Shown here: one piece after another, positions 9,169 to 18,568 of the stretch
Layout of the letters: each line of letters begins with the position of its first letter
Position numbering within the stretch: position 1 is the first letter of the stretch
DNA from: Dehalococcoidia bacterium
GTDB taxonomy: Bacteria > Chloroflexota > Dehalococcoidia > Dehalococcoidales > BS750m-G39
Length of the DNA stretch: 43,040 bases
Assembly: GCA_011176635.1 (NCBI GenBank)
Contig: DUEC01000001.1
Span: 1-43,040, forward strand
Direction of reading: 5' to 3'
The notes under the pieces: model-generated
The model's database searches: none
Seen by the model: the letters and a program-made list of their open reading frames with translations, nothing else
Told to the model about the DNA's origin: nothing
Program-made: the position numbers and the translations under genes

Positions 9169-9918
9169 ATGCTTAGCCAAGACGAACGGGAAAGGTATGA
9201 CCGGCAGATACTGATTAAGGGATTCGGGGAGGAGGGGCAAGCCAAGCTTAAAAAGGCCAAGGTCTTTATTGCCGGTGCCGGCGGGCTGGGTTCGGTGACA
9301 GCCACCTACCTGGCGGCAGCCGGGGTAGGGGTGATACGCCTGGTTGACCATGATAATGTAGAACTTAGCAATCTGAACCGGCAGGTCTTGCACTGGGACG
9401 AGGACATGGGCAAGAAGAAGGCTGATTCGGCGGCGGAGAAGCTGAAAAGGCTAAATCCAGGGCTGAAGGTGGAAGCGGTAAAAGAAAAGATAAGCCAAGC
9501 CAATATTTCTCAGCTGGTGGCTGGCTTTGACCTGATAGTTGATGCCATGGATAACCTGCCCACCAGATACCTGATGAATAAGGTAGCTATAGAGATGAAG
9601 ATACCCTTCTTTCATGGCGCCGTCCACGGCTTTGAGGGCAGGGCAATGACCATAATCCCCGGTGAAACAGCCTGCCTGGGGTGCGTCTACCGGGGGGCTA
9701 TTGCGGAGGGGAAGTTCCCGGTGCTCGGGGTTACCCCAGGGGTCATCGGCTGCATTCAGGTAACAGAGGTAATAAAGTATATCGTGGGCATCGGCCAGCT
9801 GTTGACCAACCGGCTGTTAGTCTACGACGGGCTGAACATGAAATTCTCCGAGTTTAAGGTCAAGAGAGACCCGAACTGCGAGTACTGCGGGCATTCGAGA
9901 GGTAAAGAGAGCCGTTGA
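9169..9918 (+). CDS. MoeB/ThiF/HesA family adenylyltransferase
   Basis: RYDRQI, GAGGLG, SNLNRQ, two CxxC Zn motifs (CLGC, CEYC). Confidence 0.92.
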   Translation: MLSQDERERYDRQILIKGFGEEGQAKLKKAKVFIAGAGGLGSVTATYLAAAGVGVIRLVDHDNVELSNLNRQVLHWDEDMGKKKADSAAEKLKRLNPGLKVEAVKEKISQANISQLVAGFDLIVDAMDNLPTRYLMNKVAIEMKIPFFHGAVHGFEGRAMTIIPGETACLGCVYRGAIAEGKFPVLGVTPGVIGCIQVTEVIKYIVGIGQLLTNRLLVYDGLNMKFSEFKVKRDPNCEYCGHSRGKESR

Positions 9919-10187
9919 GCGTTAAGATAAACCTTGCTTCCTCCCTCCACCACCTTACCAATGACCAGGCGGTAGTCGAGGTCAATGGCAATACCATCGG
10001 CCAGTGCCTTGAGCAATTGATTGCCCGCTTCCCCAGGACTCGAAAGAGGCTCTTGGAAAAGAACGGCGCGCTGAACCGCATCATTAATATCTATATTAAT
10101 GGAGAGAGCGTTTCTCCCGAGGGGCTGGCCACAGCGGTTAAAGACGGGGACGAGTTTCACATTGAGGTGATAATCTCCGGCGGGTAA
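9915..10187 (+). CDS. MoaD/ThiS family sulfur carrier
   Basis: 90 aa ubiquitin-like protein with C-terminal ISGG; overlaps the ThiF/MoeB gene. Confidence 0.9.
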   Translation: MSVKINLASSLHHLTNDQAVVEVNGNTIGQCLEQLIARFPRTRKRLLEKNGALNRIINIYINGESVSPEGLATAVKDGDEFHIEVIISGG

Positions 10188-10190
10188 GGC

Positions 10191-10964
10191 TTAAGCAGAG
10201 CGGCGAACCTTTATTATCTCGGCCAGAATGCTGACGGCTATCTCTTCCGGTGTCTGAGCGCCTATCTCCAGGCCGATGGGGGTATGGACTCTATCCAGCT
10301 GTTCCTGAGATATCCCTTTTTTAAGCAGGTGAGAGAATATAGCCTTGACCTTGGTCTGACTGCCAATCATGCCGACATACCTGGCTGGCGTAGTCACCGC
10401 CCACTCTAATACCAGCTCGTCGTGCTGATGCCCGCGGGTAATAATCACCAGGTAGCTGGACTTATCTATCTTAAGCCTGGGGAAGGCTTTGGTGAAATCG
10501 TCAGCGAGGAGAACCTCGGCTCCGGGAAATCTATCGGCGTTGGCAAATTCAGCCCGGTCGTCGATGACGGCAATCTCAAAGCCAGTAAGCTGGCCCATCT
10601 TAGCCAGGGGCAGAGAAACATGCCCGCCGCCGAAGAGGTAAAGGCGGGGTGGGGTCAGGATAGGCTCAATAAACACCTCCAGCTCCCCGCCGCAAATCAT
10701 GCCCGCTTCCTCGGCTTCTTTGGCGGTCAGGCTCATATGGAGCCGCTTTGGCTTGCCCTGTTTGGTCACCTTAACCGCCTCCTCGATTACCTGGGCTTCC
10801 AGGCTGCCGCCGCCGATGGTGCCCAGGATACTGCCGTCGGGCTTGACCAGCATCTTGGTCCCTTCCTCCCGGGGCGTGGAGCCGCTAGCCGAGACTATGG
10901 TTACCAGCGCCGCTTCCCCGCCCTCAGCCTTAATTCTGACGATTTCCTGATAGATATCGGTCAT
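10191..10964 (-). CDS. xdhC: XdhC/CoxI family molybdenum-cofactor chaperone
   Basis: GSTPRE, GTIGGGSLE, GMICGG, TRGHQHD, YVGMIGS and PIGLEIGAQTPEEIAVSILAE. Confidence 0.9.
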   Translation of the reverse strand: MTDIYQEIVRIKAEGGEAALVTIVSASGSTPREEGTKMLVKPDGSILGTIGGGSLEAQVIEEAVKVTKQGKPKRLHMSLTAKEAEEAGMICGGELEVFIEPILTPPRLYLFGGGHVSLPLAKMGQLTGFEIAVIDDRAEFANADRFPGAEVLLADDFTKAFPRLKIDKSSYLVIITRGHQHDELVLEWAVTTPARYVGMIGSQTKVKAIFSHLLKKGISQEQLDRVHTPIGLEIGAQTPEEIAVSILAEIIKVRRSA

Positions 10965-10977
10965 CCTGCCCCCCCCC

Positions 10978-11778
10978 CTAAACATTGAGGTGCATCAGTA
11001 TCGCTTCTAAAACTCCGCCGGCAATCGTCCTCACCCGGGGCCTAATGCTGTAACCGACCTCTTTACCCCGGGAAGGCTCTATCTCACCCAGTTTCGTCCC
11101 CTTATCCACCTCTATCCCACTCCTGAGCAAGGCTCTAACCACGCCGGCTATCTTGGCTTTGACCGGCTGCCCGGCTACCGAGGCTACCACTTCGCCAGCG
11201 GCAACCTGCTCGCCTATGCCTTTCTCGGTCAGAAATAGCCCTTCGACGGGTGAATGCAGCACCCGCTTGAAGGTCAAGCCCCTGGCGGCGATGGGGACGG
11301 CGGTATTCTCTTCGGCTCCTCCCTTAAGGATTACCCTGCCCAGACTCTGGCTATTATTGGTCTCCACCACCATATCAACATCTTTCCCTGCCTGAAAACC
11401 GGGGCCGAGCCCAATTACCAGCGGGGCATCGCCGCTCCTTGTGCCCAGGTTTCTCTTGGCCATTATAGCGTCAATCAATACCTGAGGGTTAAGGATGTCC
11501 TTTAGCGATGCCTCGGGGTCGACCATAATGGGCAGTTTGTTGGCGCGCCATACCTCGGCAATCTCAATGGTAGACTCGACATGCCGAGCGACCACCCCTT
11601 CTACCTCTTTCTCGCCGTCATATATCGCCTCGGAGAAGGCGACTCCCCGGCTGACAGCCAGGGGTTGAGAGACCTCGGTCATGCAGACCCGGAAGTGGGC
11701 GCGAGCCAGCTTATGAGCCACCCCGCTGGCTACCTCCCCACCACTCCTGATGAGAACTACCAGATTGCTCAGTTCCAT
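10978..11778 (-). CDS. yqeB: YqeB-family selenium-dependent molybdenum hydroxylase accessory protein (diverged)
   Basis: DAIMAKRNLGT, IGLGPGF.AG, VVET and IAGGVLEAIL motifs. Confidence 0.82.
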   Translation of the reverse strand: MELSNLVVLIRSGGEVASGVAHKLARAHFRVCMTEVSQPLAVSRGVAFSEAIYDGEKEVEGVVARHVESTIEIAEVWRANKLPIMVDPEASLKDILNPQVLIDAIMAKRNLGTRSGDAPLVIGLGPGFQAGKDVDMVVETNNSQSLGRVILKGGAEENTAVPIAARGLTFKRVLHSPVEGLFLTEKGIGEQVAAGEVVASVAGQPVKAKIAGVVRALLRSGIEVDKGTKLGEIEPSRGKEVGYSIRPRVRTIAGGVLEAILMHLNV

Positions 11779-11779
11779 T

Positions 11780-12961
11780 TTATTTCCTGGGTAACCCCAG
11801 TCCTTTCAGGGCGATTATGTTCTTCTGAATCTCCGATGTGCCGGCGGCGATAGTGGCGCCAAAAGAGACCAGATAAGAGTGTGCAATCCACCCCTGCCAG
11901 GGGGCTACAGCCTCCCTCCTGTCAAGCTGGCCGTACAGGCCCATTAACTGCATGGCTATGCCGGCGGCGCGCCTGAACAGGTCGGTGCTATACAGCTTGG
12001 TCATGGCAGCATGCCAGGCAGTGTTAATTCCCTTATCGTGCAACCAGGCCACCCGATAGTTAAGCAAGCGGCCTATCTCGGCATCTACCGCCAGTCTAGC
12101 CAGCAGGTCGCTGTTGGCTTTTGTCTGCCTTTCCGGGGTAGCCCTGATATATTCTATCATCTTTTCAATCATGGCCTGCACCATAGCCACGAATTCGATA
12201 GAAGTCCGCTCATAGCCCAGCAGTGCCTGGGCTACCTCCCAGCCTTCATTCTCCCGCCCGACCAGGTTTGCCTCCGGAACCTTCACCTCCTCAAAGAATA
12301 TCTGGCTGAAATGGACCTCTCCGGCCATATTCTCTATCGGGCTGAGGCTAATGCCGGGGGTGGATAAATCGACCAGGAGAAAGCTGAGTCCCTTGGCCCC
12401 CTTGGAATGGGGGTCAGACCTGGCCAGCAGACAGCACCAGTCCGAATATTCGGCAAAGGTGCTCCAGGTCTTCTGCCCGTTTACGATAAAGCTCCTGCCA
12501 TCTCTTAGCGCCCTGGTCTGGAGGGAAGCCAGGTCGGAGCCGGCTTCTGGCTCACTAAAACCCTCGCACCATAATTCCTGTCCCTTAGCAATCGGCTCTA
12601 GATGCCTCTCCTTCTGTTCCTCAGTGCCGTACTCAATAAGGGTAGGGGCCAGCATCTTCACGGAAACAGGGTTATAGCCGGGCGAACCCCGTCGTGCTAT
12701 CTCCTCGGAGAAGATAAGGTAATCTATATACGAACGTGATTGACCGCCGTACTCCTTAGGCCAGAACAGAGATAGCCACCCCTTTTCCCCTAACTTACGG
12801 GCTATATCCTTGAATACCTGCTCGCCATCCTGACTGCCGCCGGTATGGTCGCCGGTGGTAGGGGCTGGATAACCCACCCAGTCCGCTGGCAGTTCCGCAT
12901 CCAGAAAAGCGCGTATCTCCCGCCGAAATTCCTCCTGCTCTTTAGTAAAGCCGAAATCCAC
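11780..12961 (-). CDS. Acyl-CoA dehydrogenase family protein
   Basis: MDFGFTKEQEEFR, WCEGFSEPEAGSDLASL, NGQKTWS and TIAAGTSEIQKNII. GTG at 12961 is preferred because the longer TTG start abuts the -10 box. Confidence 0.92.
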   Translation of the reverse strand: MDFGFTKEQEEFRREIRAFLDAELPADWVGYPAPTTGDHTGGSQDGEQVFKDIARKLGEKGWLSLFWPKEYGGQSRSYIDYLIFSEEIARRGSPGYNPVSVKMLAPTLIEYGTEEQKERHLEPIAKGQELWCEGFSEPEAGSDLASLQTRALRDGRSFIVNGQKTWSTFAEYSDWCCLLARSDPHSKGAKGLSFLLVDLSTPGISLSPIENMAGEVHFSQIFFEEVKVPEANLVGRENEGWEVAQALLGYERTSIEFVAMVQAMIEKMIEYIRATPERQTKANSDLLARLAVDAEIGRLLNYRVAWLHDKGINTAWHAAMTKLYSTDLFRRAAGIAMQLMGLYGQLDRREAVAPWQGWIAHSYLVSFGATIAAGTSEIQKNIIALKGLGLPRK

Positions 12962-13000
12962 TCCGTTTACCTCAAGACCTATAATTATATCCTCTGTCAA

Positions 13001-13030
13001 ATTGTAGGGCTATCCATAGCTAGGCGTCAA
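13001..13030 (-). promoter_or_regulatory. Promoter of the ACAD-yqeB-xdhC unit
   Basis: TTGACG-N18-TACAAT on the minus strand. Confidence 0.6.
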
Positions 13031-13068
13031 GGGCTATAGCCCGGTGCGGGTTTGGCGTTACGGAGGAG

Positions 13069-13100
13069 AAACAAAAACCACCCCGATTAAGAGTGGTTTT
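13069..13100 (-). terminator. Intrinsic terminator after tRNA-Lys
   Basis: Minus-strand stem ACCACTC/GGGTGGT followed by TTTTGTTT. Confidence 0.7.
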
Positions 13101-13127
13101 ATCAGATACGATTTAGCTATAAATTAG

Positions 13128-13200
13128 TAGGCCGTGCAGGTCTCGAACCTGCGACACCCTGATTAAAAGTCAGGTGCTCTGCCAACTGAGCTAACGGCCC
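13128..13200 (-). tRNA. tRNA-Lys(TTT)
   Basis: Acceptor GGGCCGT/ACGGCCT (G1-U72), anticodon arm CCTGA-CTTTTAA-TCAGG, T loop TTCGAGA; upstream TTGCGT-N17-TAAACT. Confidence 0.95.
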
Positions 13201-13311
13201 ACTACAACAAAGCCAGTTTAGCAAATCCCGCTTTCAAACGCAACCTGTTATTTTTAAAACCGCTCTGGACTCTTAGCCCCGCCCGCTATTATAATTACAG
13301 GGGTGTAAGAG

Positions 13312-13872
13312 ATGGAAAAGCCGAGCCAGGAAGTGACCGTCAATCAGGCCAGGTTAGCCATTATCCAGGGGGATATTACCCGCCAGGCTACCGAGGCTAT
13401 AGTGAACGCCGCCAACTCCGGGCTGATGGGGGGAGGGGGCGTCGATGGCGCCATTCACCGGGCGGGAGGAACGGCTATCCTGGAGGAGTGCAAGCGGATT
13501 GTAGCCAGGCAGGGGCGTCTGCCCACAGGCAAGGCGGTTATCACCACCGGGGGAAACCTGCCGGCAAGATACGTAATCCACACCGTCGGCCCTATCTGGC
13601 AGGGGGGAAATAAGGGTGAAGCCGCCCTCCTGGAGAGCGCCTACCGGGAAAGCCTGAAGCTGGCGGCGGCCAAGAAGCTGGCCAGTGTCTCCTTTCCCTC
13701 AATCAGCACCGGCGCCTATGGCTACCCCCTGGCTGAGGCGGCCAGAGTAGCTATAAAGACGGTGGCCTCTTTTCTCAAAGAGTCGGCTGGCTCGCTCAAG
13801 GAAGTGGTCTTCGTCCTCTTCGATTCCAGAAGCTATGAAGCCTACGCCTCCGCCCTTGAGGAGGCGGTATGA
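13312..13872 (+). CDS. Macro-domain O-acetyl-ADP-ribose deacetylase (YmdB-like)
   Basis: GDIT, IVNAANSGLMGGGGVDGAIH, IHTVGP and FPSISTGAYGYP. Confidence 0.93.
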   Translation: MEKPSQEVTVNQARLAIIQGDITRQATEAIVNAANSGLMGGGGVDGAIHRAGGTAILEECKRIVARQGRLPTGKAVITTGGNLPARYVIHTVGPIWQGGNKGEAALLESAYRESLKLAAAKKLASVSFPSISTGAYGYPLAEAARVAIKTVASFLKESAGSLKEVVFVLFDSRSYEAYASALEEAV

Positions 13873-14324
13873 AGATAGGGGTAGTCTCCGATAGCCACGT
13901 CACCTCACTGGCCGAGCTTCCTGACAGGCTATTACTGGCCCTGGCTGAGGTAGAGCTGATAATCCATGCCGGGGATTTCATAAGCAGAGACGTGCTTGAT
14001 GGCTTGAAGCGGCTGGGGGAGGTGAAAGCGGTGCAGGGCAATATGGACTCAGCCGAGCTTAAGCGGATTCTCCCCGAAAGAGAGCTGCTGGTAGTAGAAG
14101 GGAGAAGAATCGGGATTATCCACGGCTGGGGCAGCCCCTATGGCATCGACGATAGGGTAGGCAGGATGTTTAAAGACGTCGACGCTATTGTCTACGGTCA
14201 TTCCCACTACTCCCAGAACGAGGTAAAGCAGGGCATCCTTTTCTTCAATCCCGGTCAGGCCAGAAACTCATTCGGCATTCTAACCGTCGGCCAACGGATT
14301 AGCGGCCAGATAATAAAACTCTAA
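13869..14324 (+). CDS. YfcE/MJ0936-family metallophosphoesterase
   Basis: SDSH, HAGD, GNMD, HG, GHSH and NPG motifs. Confidence 0.9.
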   Translation: MKIGVVSDSHVTSLAELPDRLLLALAEVELIIHAGDFISRDVLDGLKRLGEVKAVQGNMDSAELKRILPERELLVVEGRRIGIIHGWGSPYGIDDRVGRMFKDVDAIVYGHSHYSQNEVKQGILFFNPGQARNSFGILTVGQRISGQIIKL

Positions 14325-14349
14325 AATAAGAGATAACGGGGGTAGAATA

Positions 14350-14919
14350 ATGGCATATCGAGGCTCCAATACAACCGTGGTGTGGGCACTAATAGCCGCA
14401 AACCTGGTGCTGTTTATCGCCACCCTTTTCGAGCAAGACCTCATTCGTATTCTTGGCCTGCAGCCAGCCAGCTTCGGGGATAGGCCCTGGACTCTGCTGA
14501 CCTCCATGTTTATGCACGCCAACGTTTGGCATATCCTGTTCAATATGGTAACCCTCTACTTCTTCGGCAGCTACCTGACTAGGCTGCTCGGAGCCAAAAG
14601 GTTCCTCATCGTTTACTTTGCCGGAGGCATACTGGGGAGTGCCTTATATCTGCTGCTGGGTTCGCCATATTCTACAGTTATTGGCGCCTCGGGAGCTATC
14701 TTTGCCCTGGGGGGAGCTCTCACTGTGATGAGGCCCAGGTTGAGGGTGCTTGTTTTCCCCATACCGGCCCCGCTTCCCCTCTGGGTGGCGGTTATCGGCA
14801 TCTTCGCTATCTTCTCCTTCCTCCCCAGCGTAGCCTGGCAGGCTCACCTCGGCGGGCTGGTCTTCGGTCTGGCCGCCGGCTACTTCTTCAGAAGGAGAGA
14901 GCGCTACTACTACTCTTGA
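14350..14919 (+). CDS. Rhomboid intramembrane serine protease
   Basis: H..FNM, GASG and AHLGG motifs. Confidence 0.93.
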   Translation: MAYRGSNTTVVWALIAANLVLFIATLFEQDLIRILGLQPASFGDRPWTLLTSMFMHANVWHILFNMVTLYFFGSYLTRLLGAKRFLIVYFAGGILGSALYLLLGSPYSTVIGASGAIFALGGALTVMRPRLRVLVFPIPAPLPLWVAVIGIFAIFSFLPSVAWQAHLGGLVFGLAAGYFFRRRERYYYS

Positions 14920-14974
14920 CGAAAAGCCAAAGATGGTCTATCCTAATGCCTAGATCGGCTAGGGTAGCGGAATA

Positions 14975-15598
14975 TTGGAATTATCTTATCTATCACTATC
15001 AATGTTGGCCGCTTTCGGTCTGGGTGCCTGCCCCTTCTCGGTGTGGATTGGGCGCTGGTTCTTAGGTAAAGACATAAGAGACTACGGGGACGGCAATCCC
15101 GGGGCAGCCAATGTCTTCCGCGCCGGAAGCAGCAAGCTGGGCCTCCTGGCAGTGATTTTAGATGTAGCCAAGGGGTTTCCCTTCGTCTTCCTGGCACACG
15201 CCTTTTTTGAGCTTCCCGATGCCGCCGTTCTGCTCGTAGCCATGAGTGCCATACTGGGCCATGCTTTCTCCCCACTGCTTCAGCTAAGAGGGGGAAAGGC
15301 GATAGCCGTTACCTTCGGCGCCCTCCTAGCCCTGCCCCAGCACGAGATAGTGGTTGTCTTTGCCGCTCTTACCCTGCTCGGTTTCCTCTTTATAGAAGTC
15401 AATGCCTGGGCGGTGATACTGGGCGCTGTTGGCTCGCTGGCTTTTATACTGGTCATCAGGGGAGGCTCCTGGGAGGCGCTGTTCCTGCTGGGCTTACTGG
15501 TGCTGATGGTGGTAAAACACTTTGAAGAGCTAAAGACAGCCCCCAGGATTAAGGTGAAAATCCGCGCCTGGCTGCAATCAAGGGGACGGGAACCCTAA
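14975..15598 (+). CDS. plsY: Glycerol-3-phosphate acyltransferase PlsY family
   Basis: DIRDYGDGNPGAANV, LDVAKG, GHAFS and GGKAIA. Confidence 0.85.
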   Translation: MELSYLSLSMLAAFGLGACPFSVWIGRWFLGKDIRDYGDGNPGAANVFRAGSSKLGLLAVILDVAKGFPFVFLAHAFFELPDAAVLLVAMSAILGHAFSPLLQLRGGKAIAVTFGALLALPQHEIVVVFAALTLLGFLFIEVNAWAVILGAVGSLAFILVIRGGSWEALFLLGLLVLMVVKHFEELKTAPRIKVKIRAWLQSRGREP

Positions 15599-15619
15599 GA
15601 CGAGGTTTCCCCCAACTAT

Positions 15620-15768
15620 CTAGACAATATCAAGCTTTTTGGGAAACGGAGGCAGCTTCTTCACGATATCCAGCGGCCATACCGCCCTGAGCCTCTTTTC
15701 AGTCCAGGCCTTTATCGAGATAACGTCAATGGGCAGACCCGCGGGCAAATTAGCGTGCACTTCGAAGG
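15620..15768 (-). pseudogene. Possible degraded [4Fe-4S] ferredoxin-type gene fragment
   Basis: Two frames joined by a one-base shift read PSKCTLICPRVC / PIDVISIKAWTEKRLRAVWPLDIVKKLPPFPKKLDIV*. Confidence 0.3.
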
Positions 15769-15852
15769 CGCCGTGGGAAGCACACCCTCATTACGGAACC
15801 ACTCGACTTGATATAGGCTGAAATCCTGTTGAGAAAAACGGTTTCCCCTTTC

Positions 15853-15882
15853 TTGACATGTGAGGGGGGAGTGTTGTAGATT
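15853..15882 (+). promoter_or_regulatory. Candidate promoter for the first flavoprotein operon
   Basis: TTGACA-N18-TAGATT, about 210 nt upstream of the ATG at 16100. Confidence 0.45.
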
Positions 15883-16099
15883 TTTTAAGGCGGGCCGAAA
15901 AATTTCACTAACTTTTGAACGCGATCTTGGTTGGACAAGCGCCGCTTGAAAGTGATCTGGGGGAAGAAAGTCAGCTGGAATACTTGAGAGATTGTATGGT
16001 AAAGGCGCATGTGGTGTTTTGGTATATGTCAGAGACGGAAGTCTAGTGAAGATCTAAGACGACCTGGACCAAATCTTATTACAATGGGAGGGAACTGAG

Positions 16100-18091
16100 A
16101 TGACTGAATCCAAGTATACTCAGTCTACAGAATGGCCGTACCCGGTAAATTACGGCAAGGAGAATGAAGATGTTGCCGATGTCCTGATCCTTGGTGGTGG
16201 CATAGCTGGATGCCACGCGGCTATAACTGCCGCTAAACGGGGAGCAAAGGTCATTGTCGTTGACAAGGGAGCGGTGATAAGAAGCGGTCTTGGTGGTACC
16301 GGAGTTGACCACTGGCACCTTGCCTGCACCAACCCGTGCTCTAAGATTACTCCGGAAGAGATGGTGGGGCTACTTAAGAAATTTGGCGATTATTTCTACC
16401 TTGAATTTGGCAACGGGATTACCTGTTACATCACCTGCAAAGAAAGCTACGATGCCCTTCTTGATTGCGAGAAGACGGGGGTGAAGGTTAGAGATGTGGA
16501 TGACGAATTTGCCGGAGCCTCCTTTAGAGATGAAAAGACCAAATTAATGTTTGCCTATGATTACGAGAATAAGTATTGTATACGCGTTAATGGGGGGGCG
16601 AACATCAAGGTCGCCCTGTACAATGAGCTTAAACGTCTCGGTGCGAAAATCTACGACCATGTTATGGCGACCAGCCTGCTCACCGAAGGGGGCAAACAAG
16701 GAGCCAGGGTTGTCGGTGCAACCGGGGTAAACGCAAGAACCGGCGAATTCTATATCTTCAAGGCAAAGTCTACCCTGCTCTCTATGGGCGCACCCGCTGG
16801 GCTCTGGATATTCTCCACAGAATTGGCAGGTGCTACCCTATTCCAGGAGCCCAACCTCACCGGTGAAGGCACGGCTATGGCGTGGCAGGCTGGAGCAGAG
16901 TTAACCATGCTGGAGAGAAGCTCGGCGATGATAGCTTCCGGTGGTTTCAGCTATCCAATGTATGGCACCGGTAATGCTCATAACACCTGGTATGCTTGCA
17001 CCATAGTCGATGCCGATGGCAAGGAAGTCCCCTGGGTTGACCGGGACGGGAAAATACTGAAAACAGTATCAGAGCGATACCGCCCGGCACCCGGGCAGAA
17101 AACCTTTGTCTACGGTCGCATGTCTCCCTCCTATGAGCTCTGGGGACCAACTATTATCCCCGACCTGCCCGAACGCATTATGAAGGGTGAGTTCAAACTA
17201 CCGCTTTATGCCGACTTGCCCGGTATGCCTGAGCACGAGCGGAGAGCGATATGGGGCCTCATGGTAGGCAATGAAGGCAGGACACGCATCCCAATATACG
17301 ATAGGTACACAAAGGCCGGGTTTGACCCTGACAAGGATATGCTTCAGGCAAATATTATGCCTCCCGAACAATACGGCTTTGGCGCCTGGTGGGGGGCATA
17401 TGGGCCGCGCCAGTGGCGAACGGGAGGATTTGCTGCTGGCGGTGGGCTGGCGTTTGACTGGGACCTCAAGACCAGTCTTGAGGGTTTATACGTGGCGGGA
17501 ATGACAACATACGCTGGTGGAGACCACTCTGTAGCCGCCTGCTCCGGCAGATATGCGGCTAGAAAGGCGGTCAAGTATGCGCAAACAGCCCAGGAGCCCG
17601 TCATTGAAAGGAAGCAGGTGGACAAGGAGAAGGCTCGTGTCTACGCCCCCGTAACGCAAAAGGACGGAGTGGGGTGGAAAGAATTGCGGGCCGGGCTGTG
17701 CCGAATTATGCAGGACTATTGCGGCGAGTATAAGAGTGAGGAAACTCTGAAAACGGGGCTGGGATGGTTCAACAGCATTAGAGAGAGTGAAGCGGCCACA
17801 GCTTACGCCAGGAATCCGCATGAGTTAGAGCGTACCCTGGAATGCCTGACACACATTACCGTGGGAGAAATTATAATGCATGCTTCTTTAGCCCGGAAGG
17901 CGAGCAGCCTGCCCCTGGAATTCAAGAGGCTGGATTATCCCGAAATGGATCCACCGGAGTGGAACAAGTTTGTCACCATCAGGCTGGAGAACGGGGATGT
18001 CAAGGTGGGAGAGCTGCCTTTCAACTACTGGCTCCTGCCACCTAATGCTCCCAAGTATGAAGAGAATTACCAGAAGCATTGTGACCTATAA
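16100..18091 (+). CDS. AprA-like FAD-dependent oxidoreductase (SdhA/FrdA/AprA superfamily), function unknown, copy 1
   Basis: DVLILGGGIAG dinucleotide fold, RSG.G..G.DHW, TSLEGLYVAG and C-terminal helical domain ASLARKAS...RLDYP. Confidence 0.8.
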   Translation: MTESKYTQSTEWPYPVNYGKENEDVADVLILGGGIAGCHAAITAAKRGAKVIVVDKGAVIRSGLGGTGVDHWHLACTNPCSKITPEEMVGLLKKFGDYFYLEFGNGITCYITCKESYDALLDCEKTGVKVRDVDDEFAGASFRDEKTKLMFAYDYENKYCIRVNGGANIKVALYNELKRLGAKIYDHVMATSLLTEGGKQGARVVGATGVNARTGEFYIFKAKSTLLSMGAPAGLWIFSTELAGATLFQEPNLTGEGTAMAWQAGAELTMLERSSAMIASGGFSYPMYGTGNAHNTWYACTIVDADGKEVPWVDRDGKILKTVSERYRPAPGQKTFVYGRMSPSYELWGPTIIPDLPERIMKGEFKLPLYADLPGMPEHERRAIWGLMVGNEGRTRIPIYDRYTKAGFDPDKDMLQANIMPPEQYGFGAWWGAYGPRQWRTGGFAAGGGLAFDWDLKTSLEGLYVAGMTTYAGGDHSVAACSGRYAARKAVKYAQTAQEPVIERKQVDKEKARVYAPVTQKDGVGWKELRAGLCRIMQDYCGEYKSEETLKTGLGWFNSIRESEAATAYARNPHELERTLECLTHITVGEIIMHASLARKASSLPLEFKRLDYPEMDPPEWNKFVTIRLENGDVKVGELPFNYWLLPPNAPKYEENYQKHCDL

Positions 18092-18138
18092 AAATTTAAT
18101 GGGGCGGTGACTATCACACTAAAAGGGAGTAAGTGATT

Positions 18139-18477
18139 ATGTATAACAAAGCCTATATGGTACCCAACCCGATGACACCAAACCAGGCAATATTTATTAG
18201 TCCCGAGTTCTGCAACGGCTGCAACACCTGTGTGGACGTGTGCCGGTCGGACGTACTGGTACCCAACCCAGAGAAAGGCAAGCCACCCATAGTAATGTAT
18301 CCCGATGAATGCTGGTTTGGTGGCTGTTGTGTTGCCCACTGCCCCGTGCCGGGAGCCATTAGAATGGAGCATCCCTTAAATCAACGAGCCGGCTGGAAGC
18401 GCAAGGAGACCGGTGAATACTTCCGCGTTGGAATGAAAAATCCACCACCTCCTAATACCAGGCCGCCGGTTGGCTGA
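18139..18477 (+). CDS. AprB-like dicluster ferredoxin, copy 1
   Basis: CNGCNTCVDVC and YPDECWFGGCCVAHCP; directly follows the flavoprotein. Alternative GTG start at 18133. Confidence 0.85.
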   Translation: MYNKAYMVPNPMTPNQAIFISPEFCNGCNTCVDVCRSDVLVPNPEKGKPPIVMYPDECWFGGCCVAHCPVPGAIRMEHPLNQRAGWKRKETGEYFRVGMKNPPPPNTRPPVG

Positions 18478-18483
18478 CAGCCT

Positions 18484-18525
18484 AAGGAACTAGACAATGA
18501 TGAGCATGTAAAAAGGGCCTATCTA
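18484..18525 (+). pseudogene. Remnant of a LivF-type ABC ATPase C-terminus
   Basis: Translates as KELDNDEHVKRAYL, resembling the LivF terminal EL..N..VK.AYLG motif; only 14 codons. Confidence 0.45.
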
Positions 18526-18568
18526 TATGGTAAGAACGAATCCAAATGAAAGTGGCAGAACCTGACTT

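Noticed and set aside
9019-9393. N-terminal extension of the 190-aa ORF 8821-9393
   Set aside because: It overlaps thiF antisense; the RBS and promoter place the real start at 9018.
15599-15900. attL copy of the tRNA-Arg(TCT) 3' end at the left edge of the accessory block
   Set aside because: I looked for GGAGTCCCTGGTGGGATTCGAA or parts of it and found none, so the island boundary remains unproven.
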